Source: Candidatus Rifleibacteriota bacterium (GTDB taxonomy: Bacteria; Muiribacteriota; Ozemobacteria; Ozemobacterales; Ozemobacteraceae). Taken from it: 52,719 nucleotides of DNA. This document shows positions 1 through 7,839 of the stretch, in pieces. The translations under genes were made by a program, and so were the position numbers. The notes below the pieces were generated by a model, which saw nothing but the letters and a program-made list of their open reading frames with translations, did no database searches and had not been told where the DNA came from. Position 1 is the first letter of the stretch. Each line of letters opens with the position of its first letter. The DNA lies in the NCBI GenBank assembly GCA_049325495.1, contig JBMOKV010000522.1, forward strand, positions 1 to 52,719. Reading direction: 5' to 3'.

Positions 1-127
1 TTTTCAGGCTGTGGCTCTGCAGAAAAGAAAGTCGAGCCGGTTGAGCTGAAAACCTCTGTTAAAATCAAAGCTGATGCTGATAATGAGAAGCTGATACTGG
101 GGGCCCTGTGGATCATGCAGAACCGAA
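1..127 (+). repeat. Exact 127-bp direct duplicate of 1041-1167 at the window start (probable assembly artefact)
   Basis: 1-127 (ttttcaggct...gcagaaccgaa) is identical to 1041-1167; the copies diverge at 128/1168 (ttg vs ccc). Confidence 0.95.
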
Positions 128-867
128 TTGCCTTCATTTCCCCCCTCCGGGTAAAAGGCGAGCAGACATGATTTGCTGTCGTAGCCCACAAATCCCGACG
201 GAATAATGGAAACTCCATTGGCAATTCCAAGAACCACGGCACCGTTGGTGGTGAGAGTGTTGGCTGTGCAGAGCGCCCAATTTGCAGTTCCTTCTTCAAA
301 ATCGTGGTTTTTCAGATAGAACGGGCTAATGCTTTCCGTCGCAGTTTTAAGTGCATTTTCGTTTCCATAATAAAGCCAGTAGTCGGTAGTGACCGATGGG
401 TTGGCATTTGCCTCAAACAGCAGGGTTACCGGAGTGGTTTTATTATCTACCGGTTCTTCGAAATTCAATATACGAAAGTGAACCAGATTGCCATTTGCAT
501 CGGTCAGGCGCAGGTCGCTCCAGTCGCTTTTGGCACCGCTTATCTGCTCGATATTCAGCTGGATTTTTTCCGAATATCGTTGCCTGGCCCTGGTTTCGGT
601 AAGCGAAATTTTACGTTTCAGGGAAAAAACCCGGCCCGTATCCGTTGCCAGAATGTTCCCAGAGTTGCCGTCCCGTCCGGGGTTGGTGTTATATAGCCTG
701 ATATAGTTACTGGCCGCGCCATCAGGGTCATTGGCTCTTACGTCGGTCAGGGTTCCGCTTAAAAAATCGGCATTGCTCGAGATTTTGTAGGAAGCTGCAG
801 CTGCAGGCCGGCAAATTAATACCGCCAGAATCAGGACATAAAAAATTAATTGTCCAGGTTTTGGCAA
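128..867 (-). CDS. Secreted DUF2341-domain protein, N-terminal part only (truncated at the 127-bp duplicate)
   Basis: TTG start at 867 with AAGGGGG RBS; signal peptide (LIFYVLILAVLICRPAAAA); DUF2341-like motifs DWSDLRLTD...YWLYYGN. The C-terminus of the called ORF 4..927 is just the antisense of the duplicated 127 bp. Confidence 0.7.
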
Positions 868-989
868 ACAGATCCCCCCTTTACGATGGTAAAAAAATAT
901 TCGGGAATATGCAAATAGAAACTTCATTCAGAAAGCAATTATGTTATTTTTTAATTGCTGATTACAATTTTTGAAAAGGATCTTTTGTT

Positions 990-1532
990 GTGAAAATTAA
1001 AGTTGTTGGGATTCTGGTTCTTTCGCTTCTTTCTTTATTTTTTTCAGGCTGTGGCTCTGCAGAAAAGAAAGTCGAGCCGGTTGAGCTGAAAACCTCTGTT
1101 AAAATCAAAGCTGATGCTGATAATGAGAAGCTGATACTGGGGGCCCTGTGGATCATGCAGAACCGAACCCCTGACTTTTTCAAGCTGGTCGATCAGAATG
1201 TAAAAGAAATCAGGCAAAGCACCGGCCAATTTACCACCGGTCCGGTAAAAACCATTGAGGGAACCGGCAGAATTGAGTTTCAAAAGTTTTCTGGCCACTA
1301 CAATGAATATAATATCGCAGATTTTCTGGTTCATGAGGCAACTCATATTGTTGACCAGAAAAAGGGGTTGCCACTGACCCGTGTCGCAGAAATAAGGGCC
1401 AGAGAAACTGAAATCGCTTTTCTTAAAGAGCTTGCAAAGGCAGAGAATCGAAGTTTCGATCAGATTATCAACTTCGTAAAGAAAGAAATCGACCAGATTA
1501 AAGCAGGAAAGCTCTATTCTGATCTTGATTAG
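990..1532 (+). CDS. Lipoprotein with HExxH zinc-metallopeptidase-like motif
   Basis: Lipobox LFFSGC after a hydrophobic N-terminus; FLVHEATH motif with a downstream Glu (AEIRA). Confidence 0.65.
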   Translation: MKIKVVGILVLSLLSLFFSGCGSAEKKVEPVELKTSVKIKADADNEKLILGALWIMQNRTPDFFKLVDQNVKEIRQSTGQFTTGPVKTIEGTGRIEFQKFSGHYNEYNIADFLVHEATHIVDQKKGLPLTRVAEIRARETEIAFLKELAKAENRSFDQIINFVKKEIDQIKAGKLYSDLD

Positions 1533-1558
1533 CATCTTAAATTTAAATGAGGAAACTT

Positions 1559-2503
1559 ATGAGTAATTTTTTTGATTGGATAAAGGAAAAAATAAATGAA
1601 ATCATGCCAGGCGAGGAAGATAAAAAAGGTTCGGTAAAGCCGATTAATGTTGCTTCTCAGCCGGTAAAACCTGGTAAAACTCCGATTCGCCAGGCAGCAG
1701 CAAGCCCTCAGGGTGAACCGGCACCGAAAAATGATAAAGCTGAAAATGAAATTTTTAAAAATTCATTGGGAATGGAATTTTGCCAGATTCCCTCTGGGCA
1801 GTTTTTCATGGGTTCAACCGTAATGGAAAATGAACAGCCCCTTCATCGGGTTCACATCAGTAAAAATTTCTATCTGGGAAAGCATACGGTAACCCAGCAG
1901 CATTTCATCGACATTATGGGCTACAACCCAGCTTATTCGCAAGGGGAAAAATTGCCGGCACTCAACATGCTTGCTGCTGCAGAGCACGATGAAGCCTTTT
2001 TCTCAAAAAATCCACCGCCGGAACAGCCTGATTTCATTCCTGACCTGCCGGTTGAAAACCTGACCTGGGAAGAAGCAACCGAATTCTGCAAAAAGCTTTC
2101 GGCTAAAGAGGGGCGTATTTATCGTCTGCCCACCGAAGCAGAATGGGAATACGCCTGCCGTGCCGGCACTTTGAAAGAATTTTACTGGGGAAAAAGCATG
2201 GATGAGCGTTTCTGCAATTATGCCAACATTTTTGCAATTCGTTCGGGTCGTCGTGGTGAAAACCCATGGGGGCTTTGCGACATGCTGGGCAACGTCTGGG
2301 AATGGTGCAGCGACTGGTATGGCCCATATTCTGATGCTGAAGCAACCGACCCGGCTGGCCCTTCTTCCGGCACTGAAAAAGTTTATCGCGGTGGGTCATA
2401 CGATATCGATATCGATACCAATTGTCGCTGCGCCAGCCGCTTTGCCGATTCACCTGCCAACCGCCGCCCCGATGTTGGCTTTCGCGTATTGCTTGAAAAG
2501 TGA
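1559..2503 (+). CDS. Formylglycine-generating enzyme (FGE/SUMF1)-domain protein
   Basis: Motifs IPSGQFFMGS, YRLPTEAEWEYACRAG, NPWGLCDMLGNVWEWC, RGGS, GFRV; GAGGA RBS before ATG 1559. Confidence 0.9.
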   Translation: MSNFFDWIKEKINEIMPGEEDKKGSVKPINVASQPVKPGKTPIRQAAASPQGEPAPKNDKAENEIFKNSLGMEFCQIPSGQFFMGSTVMENEQPLHRVHISKNFYLGKHTVTQQHFIDIMGYNPAYSQGEKLPALNMLAAAEHDEAFFSKNPPPEQPDFIPDLPVENLTWEEATEFCKKLSAKEGRIYRLPTEAEWEYACRAGTLKEFYWGKSMDERFCNYANIFAIRSGRRGENPWGLCDMLGNVWEWCSDWYGPYSDAEATDPAGPSSGTEKVYRGGSYDIDIDTNCRCASRFADSPANRRPDVGFRVLLEK

Positions 2504-2524
2504 GAGGTGGATTCTTAGCTGAAT

Positions 2525-3040
2525 CTAATGCTTGAAAAAATCCTGGTGGTATTCCCGTTTTTCCACCTGATGGCTGTTCCAGTTATTATAGTCTGGCCTG
2601 GTTAACTGCTGTGCTATGCCCGTAAATAAGCATAGACTGATTGAATAAAAAGGCCATCCCGGAAAAGCAAGTATGGCAAAGATTAATAAAACGGTCTGCA
2701 TTGCAAGAATGGCGAACGAAATTCGCCGATAGTTTTCCAGCTGTTCGTTGAGAAAATCATGGTCGCAATTTCTAAAACTGCCTATTTTCACAATTTTTGC
2801 CTTGAGCAAAAAGAATCTTGCAGCCCGGAATATGACGGGCAGACAAAACGCAGTGAGCAGCCAGTAAAGATTGAATTGCTCAAGCGCTTTTTCTTTGAGT
2901 GAAGGGGTTGAAACCGCAGTTATGGCCATAATTATCAAGGATATGGCGAAGGCTGTTCCAAAAAAACGATGTGCCCGAACCAGAGTTTTACAGGCCTCAT
3001 CAAAGCAGTCTATTTCAAATACGCGAAACATTGCTGCCAT
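2525..3040 (-). CDS. Hypothetical membrane protein (about 4 TM)
   Basis: Only the C-terminal part of ORF 2525..3610 (from MAAMFRVF) is plausible, with hydrophobic segments; the rest is antisense to the ACT/DUF711 genes. Confidence 0.55.
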   Translation of the reverse strand: MAAMFRVFEIDCFDEACKTLVRAHRFFGTAFAISLIIMAITAVSTPSLKEKALEQFNLYWLLTAFCLPVIFRAARFFLLKAKIVKIGSFRNCDHDFLNEQLENYRRISFAILAMQTVLLIFAILAFPGWPFYSISLCLFTGIAQQLTRPDYNNWNSHQVEKREYHQDFFKH

Positions 3041-3166
3041 GATATCATGGTGACGAATTTCTTTCGAATAAACTTTTTTGCCTCTGAAGTATAAATCTGC
3101 TATATTGCGGGGTACCGAAAAAACGCTGATTTCTAATTCATCGCATCCGCACCCAGGAGGTTCCAG

Positions 3167-3454
3167 GTGAACCAGAATCAAAAGGAACAGGTAGTTATCA
3201 CTGTGCTCGGCGCCAACAAGCCCGGCATTCTTGCCGGTATTACCAGAGCTATTGCCGATGCCAATGTCAACGTTGAAGACGTAAGCCAGAAAATCATGCA
3301 GGATCTGTTTGCCCTGATGATGATGACCGATTTTTCTTCGGCCAATTGCAGTTTTGAAACCTTTCAAAGCCGCATGCAGGAAGTCGCCGATCAGCTCAAG
3401 GTCAAGATTTTCATTCAGCACGAAGATGTTTTTCGCTTCCAGCACCGCCTGTGA
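3167..3454 (+). CDS. ACT domain protein (UPF0237 family)
   Basis: VITVLGANKPGILAGIT...NVEDVSQKI...QHEDVF pattern; AGGAGG RBS; canonical partner of the downstream DUF711 gene. Confidence 0.9.
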   Translation: MNQNQKEQVVITVLGANKPGILAGITRAIADANVNVEDVSQKIMQDLFALMMMTDFSSANCSFETFQSRMQEVADQLKVKIFIQHEDVFRFQHRL

Positions 3455-3466
3455 GGGAGTCATAAC

Positions 3467-4828
3467 ATGCTTTTTTCTCTTGAAGAAGTCATTGAAACCA
3501 TTTCTCAGGTCGGTGTCGAAACCTTCGATATCCGCACCATAACCTGTGGAATTAACCTGCACAGCTGCATCGACCCCGATGTGAACCGCTGTGCTGAAAA
3601 GGTTTACCAAAAGGTGGTCAAGATTGCCAAAGATCTGGTGCCAACCGCCCGTGCCATTGAAAAGAAATTCGGCATTCCCATCGTGAATAAACGCATTTCT
3701 GTTTCACCGGTTGCTCATCTGGCCGGAGCTTTCACCGAGCCTACCGCCGTTCCCATAGCCTATGCTCTCGATCAGGCAGCCAAAGACCTGGGAATCGATT
3801 ACGTCGCAGGCTTCAGTGCCCAGATTCAGAAAGGCATTACCCGCGGCGACCAGATTCTTCTCAACTCTATACCAGATGCCCTTTGCCAGACTGATCGCGT
3901 ATGTTCTAGCGTTAACATCGGCAGTTCTCAGGCAGGCATCAACATGGATGGCGTATATCGCATGGCCGAAATAGTTAAAGAAGCGGCCGAGCGCTCTAAA
4001 GACAAAAATGGTCTGGCCTGTGCCAAGCTTGTAGTGTTCTGCAACGCTGTTGAAGACAACCCCTTTATTGCCGGTTCATTCCACGGACCGGGTGAAGGCG
4101 AAGCCATTTTAAATGTGGGAATTTCAGGCCCCGGCGTCGTTCGCGCCGCTCTGGCAAAGGCCGGAAACCTCAGCTTTGGTGAACTTTCTGAGCTGATCAA
4201 AAAGATCAGTTTTAAAATCACCAGAGTTGGTGAGCTTGTCGGTCGCGAAGCCTCAAAAGCCACCGGCATACCATTTGGAATTATCGACCTTTCGCTGGCC
4301 CCAACCCCGGCCGAAGGTGATTCCATCTCCGATATTCTAGAATTGATGGGGCTCGAACGCACCGGATGCCACGGCACTACTGCCGCCCTGGCAATGCTCA
4401 ATGATGCGGTTAAAAAGGGCGGCATGATGGCCGCAACTTATGCCGGCGGTCTGTCTGGCGCTTTCATTCCATTAACCGAAGACGCGGGAATGTGTCGGGC
4501 CGTTGAAGCGGGTGCTTTGAATATTCAAAAACTCGAGGCCATGACCTGTGTCTGCTCGGTTGGTCTCGATATGGTTGCAATTCCCGGAGATACCCCGGTA
4601 GATGTTATTGCCGGTATTATTGCCGACGAAGCTGCAATCGGCATGATCAATCACAAAACAACCGCCTGTCGTCTCATTCCGGTTCCGGGAATGGTCGCCG
4701 GCGACGTGGTCGATTTCGGAGGGCTGCTGGGAAAGGGCCCAATTATCGCAGTCTCGAAGGAGATGCCTACGGTTTTTGTCAGACGTGGCGGCCGCATTCC
4801 GCCACCGGTTCACAGTATGAAAAACTGA
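3467..4828 (+). CDS. PFL-like UPF0210/DUF711 family protein
   Basis: DIRTIT.GI, VNKRISVSP, KLVVFCNAVEDNPF, EAMTCVCSVGLDM, RGGRIPPP motifs. Confidence 0.92.
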   Translation: MLFSLEEVIETISQVGVETFDIRTITCGINLHSCIDPDVNRCAEKVYQKVVKIAKDLVPTARAIEKKFGIPIVNKRISVSPVAHLAGAFTEPTAVPIAYALDQAAKDLGIDYVAGFSAQIQKGITRGDQILLNSIPDALCQTDRVCSSVNIGSSQAGINMDGVYRMAEIVKEAAERSKDKNGLACAKLVVFCNAVEDNPFIAGSFHGPGEGEAILNVGISGPGVVRAALAKAGNLSFGELSELIKKISFKITRVGELVGREASKATGIPFGIIDLSLAPTPAEGDSISDILELMGLERTGCHGTTAALAMLNDAVKKGGMMAATYAGGLSGAFIPLTEDAGMCRAVEAGALNIQKLEAMTCVCSVGLDMVAIPGDTPVDVIAGIIADEAAIGMINHKTTACRLIPVPGMVAGDVVDFGGLLGKGPIIAVSKEMPTVFVRRGGRIPPPVHSMKN

Positions 4829-4845
4829 ATTATGGTTCTTTATCG

Positions 4846-4886
4846 CAGCCCTGAAAACCAGATGACGGTTTTCGGGGCTGTTTTTT
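4846..4886 (+). terminator. Rho-independent terminator after the ACT-DUF711 operon
   Basis: cagccctgaaaacc / ggttttcggggctg stem followed by T6. Confidence 0.8.
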
Positions 4887-4890
4887 AAAT

Positions 4891-7839
4891 ATGGCTGTAA
4901 ACAAAAAAAAATCTGGAAAAGGCTTTTTTAATACCCTGCTGTTGATTCTGGCAGTTTGCATTCCTTTTTTTTCAGCAGCCTTTTATCTTGATAAGGTTAA
5001 TCAGGATCAGATTCAGCGAGTTCTTATGACTGAAAAAGCCCGGGTTATTTTTGAAATGAATCGATTTTCAGACGCTCTTGATCCGGCGAGATACATTGAA
5101 AAATGCATGAGTTTGACCGAAGAAAAACTCGCTTTGCGATCTGGTCTTATATCTGAAACAGACCCGCGTCTTTTCGATCGGCAGACTTCAACAAAAATTA
5201 AATCCTTCATCTGGAAAAACTTCCAGTTGAAGCCCGTTCTTATTGCTTCAACTGGTTTTGCCGGGCGTGATTTCTGGGCAGAATTCTCTGATGACTTCCA
5301 AAGCTTTGCGGCAGATGATCTGCAGGTTTTGAAGAATACTCTCTGTTCCTATCTGATTCTCAAGGTCATGCAGCGCAACCTGTACCAGAACTCTGAAATT
5401 TACGAGCGTTTACAGAAACTGATGATTGATGGTGAGAACGTTTTTGAAATTAACCGGGAAAAAATCGATGGAATTTTAAGCGATTTTTTGGCTCCTGCCA
5501 TACATTATCCAGAATATCCGGGAAACTGCGAAGAAATTTTTACCACCAGGTTTTCTTCCGACAAAATTTTTCTTTATTACAGCGGCAGTAGCGCCGGCAA
5601 CCTTTTCTATGGCGGCTATTTCATAGTTTTTGCAACCCGAGATCTTCCCTATCAGAAAATTTTATCGGATGCGTTGAAATCTTCCGGTGGTATTAAGCGG
5701 GCAATCGTGAACCATGGCGGTGAATTGAATGAATTGCTGGTAGAAGATTCAGCGGATATAGATTGCTACCGGGAGATACCCGGATATGTTAATTTATCAA
5801 AGCTAAAATTTAAACAAAATTTTGAAAAATCAGTTTTTTACTTGAAAACTTCCTGCTCTAAAAGTCTTGTTCTGGAAGACTTGAAGTGGTTCAATGCCAA
5901 CCTTGGTTTTATGCAGCGCATGGTCATTCTATTCATTTCAGGCATTTTAGTTTTCTCATATCTTTTTGGAATTCATGCACCCGGCAAACTTCGAGGTAAA
6001 TTTCTTTTTCTGGTCGGACTTTCAGTAATGCTTCCTTATGCAATCACCGGCTATTTCTCAGGTTTGACACTTGATTATGTCGATGGAATGAGGGAAAGAG
6101 AAAGTCTTGTCGCGGCCGAAAACCGACTTTTTGAAATAAGTCGGTCAGTAGAGGATTGTTCTCTTAAGCGGCAGTTGATCGTGCTTGAAGCAAAAAAAAG
6201 AATCGCCGACCTTTTATCGGCATGGCAGAATAAGCCCTCCGATCCTCTTGATCCAGCATCTTATCCGGGGCTCATACCCCAGTCACTGTCCGATGAGTTT
6301 ACGGTTTTTGATGCGGCCGGCGACGTGAGAGTTTTTCACAAAAATCCTGATCGATTCAGGGAGCCATATAAACTGGTAAGATTCCTGGGATACACCTACC
6401 TTGACAACATGGGGGTTCTCAAGCGGAAAAGTGGAAAGGTTAAAAGAGAGCTTGAGTTGGCCGGCCTTGCCTCTGGTTTTGCCTCCAACCTTCGTCGTGA
6501 TTACCTGGAGGGTCGAAACTTGCGTTTTGAAGGTGTAGAAATTATGAATCTTGCCAAGTTTAACCCCCTTCTGCGCATGTTTTTTCTCGTCTTCTCTCCA
6601 AAAATGCCGAAAGGTTCGCCAATAAATGCCATTGCCCTGGTTATTCTCAATGATCGGTTTTTGACCCAGCTTTTTGAGATTCTTTCTGTGCCAGGTAATC
6701 GCCTTTTTTCTGAGCAATCTAAGGGATTATCGCTTACGTATGTTCTGGGTATGAGAAATCACGAAAATTCTCTGGAAAAATGGTGGCCAAACAATGATCG
6801 CAACAGTGAAAAGCTGATTGATCTGTTGAAATTTGCCACATTAAGGGGCTACAGTGGCAGTGAAGTGCAAAAAATCGGGCAGATTTTTTCTGGGCGAATC
6901 TGGCAATATGATGCTGATTCCAAGTATGTTATTGCCGGAATTTTTTCTTCAGAACCCGACAATCTGTTGCGCCTGCTTTTTTATCTGTTTCCTTCAGCTG
7001 CGCTGGTCTTTTCTTTTATCAGCCTGCTGTTTCTCGGAGATTTTCTTGTAGAATTTTTTGCACGGCCAGTTACTGCATTTATTCCTGCATTGAAGGAAAT
7101 CAAAGAGGGAAATTACCAGGTAAGAATAAATATGGATGCCGGTGATGAGCTGGATCTTCTTTCTTCATCATTCAATCAGATGGCCGAGGGGTTGCAGCAG
7201 CGGGAAAGAATGCGAAGGTTCATTCCGGGCCAATTGTTTCAAAGAGTCGAGGATTCTGGTGCCGCAGACAAAAGAAGTTTACAGCGCCGGCATTTGTCGT
7301 TGCTTGCTTCTGATATTAGAGGGTTTACAACCTTGAGCGAAAAAGAAAAACCCGAAGATATGGTTAACTGCCTGAATGATTATTTTTCTGCAATGGAAGA
7401 GGCAGTTGTGGCTAATGGCGGAGAAATAGAAAGATTTATCGGCGATGCAATTATCGCGGTTTTCTATCCGGATAAGAATTTGAGTTCTGCATTTAAAGCT
7501 TTGAAAGCTGCATTGAAAATGAAAGAATGCCTCGAAACTTTTAACCGGCAGCGAAAAGAAAAGGGGCTTTTCCAGATTTTGAACGGAGTTGGAATCGTCA
7601 CCGATTATGCCTGGGTTGCAACTACGGGAATTCGTTCGGGTCGGCGAGTTCATATGGTGTTTGGCGAAATTGTGGCAAGGGCAAATCGACTTGAAGCTTT
7701 GACTGCAAATTTGGTCGGAAGCCGCATTGCTTTGTGTGAAAATACCAGAAATGCAAACCCTCAGGTTGCTTTTAAAAAGATCGATACTGATCAGGCTGTT
7801 TTTCAACCTGAAATAGACGGGGTTGCCCATGGCAGTTGA
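4891..7839 (+). CDS. Membrane HAMP + class III cyclase, type A1 (metal-binding half)
   Basis: TM segments, HAMP (PVTAF...GDELDLLSSSFNQMAEGL), ASDIRGFT and ERFIGDA; lacks the DK, T..N and KGK residues. Confidence 0.9.
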   Translation: MAVNKKKSGKGFFNTLLLILAVCIPFFSAAFYLDKVNQDQIQRVLMTEKARVIFEMNRFSDALDPARYIEKCMSLTEEKLALRSGLISETDPRLFDRQTSTKIKSFIWKNFQLKPVLIASTGFAGRDFWAEFSDDFQSFAADDLQVLKNTLCSYLILKVMQRNLYQNSEIYERLQKLMIDGENVFEINREKIDGILSDFLAPAIHYPEYPGNCEEIFTTRFSSDKIFLYYSGSSAGNLFYGGYFIVFATRDLPYQKILSDALKSSGGIKRAIVNHGGELNELLVEDSADIDCYREIPGYVNLSKLKFKQNFEKSVFYLKTSCSKSLVLEDLKWFNANLGFMQRMVILFISGILVFSYLFGIHAPGKLRGKFLFLVGLSVMLPYAITGYFSGLTLDYVDGMRERESLVAAENRLFEISRSVEDCSLKRQLIVLEAKKRIADLLSAWQNKPSDPLDPASYPGLIPQSLSDEFTVFDAAGDVRVFHKNPDRFREPYKLVRFLGYTYLDNMGVLKRKSGKVKRELELAGLASGFASNLRRDYLEGRNLRFEGVEIMNLAKFNPLLRMFFLVFSPKMPKGSPINAIALVILNDRFLTQLFEILSVPGNRLFSEQSKGLSLTYVLGMRNHENSLEKWWPNNDRNSEKLIDLLKFATLRGYSGSEVQKIGQIFSGRIWQYDADSKYVIAGIFSSEPDNLLRLLFYLFPSAALVFSFISLLFLGDFLVEFFARPVTAFIPALKEIKEGNYQVRINMDAGDELDLLSSSFNQMAEGLQQRERMRRFIPGQLFQRVEDSGAADKRSLQRRHLSLLASDIRGFTTLSEKEKPEDMVNCLNDYFSAMEEAVVANGGEIERFIGDAIIAVFYPDKNLSSAFKALKAALKMKECLETFNRQRKEKGLFQILNGVGIVTDYAWVATTGIRSGRRVHMVFGEIVARANRLEALTANLVGSRIALCENTRNANPQVAFKKIDTDQAVFQPEIDGVAHGS

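Noticed and set aside
4-127. C-terminus of ORF 4..927 identical to the end of ORF 1044..1535 (apparent shared domain)
   Set aside because: Both are antisense translations of the duplicated 127 bp of the lipoprotein gene, not a protein domain.
3041-3610. N-terminal part of the 361-aa minus-strand ORF 2525..3610
   Set aside because: Overlaps the well-supported ACT and DUF711 genes in antisense; only the part from 3040 down is plausible.
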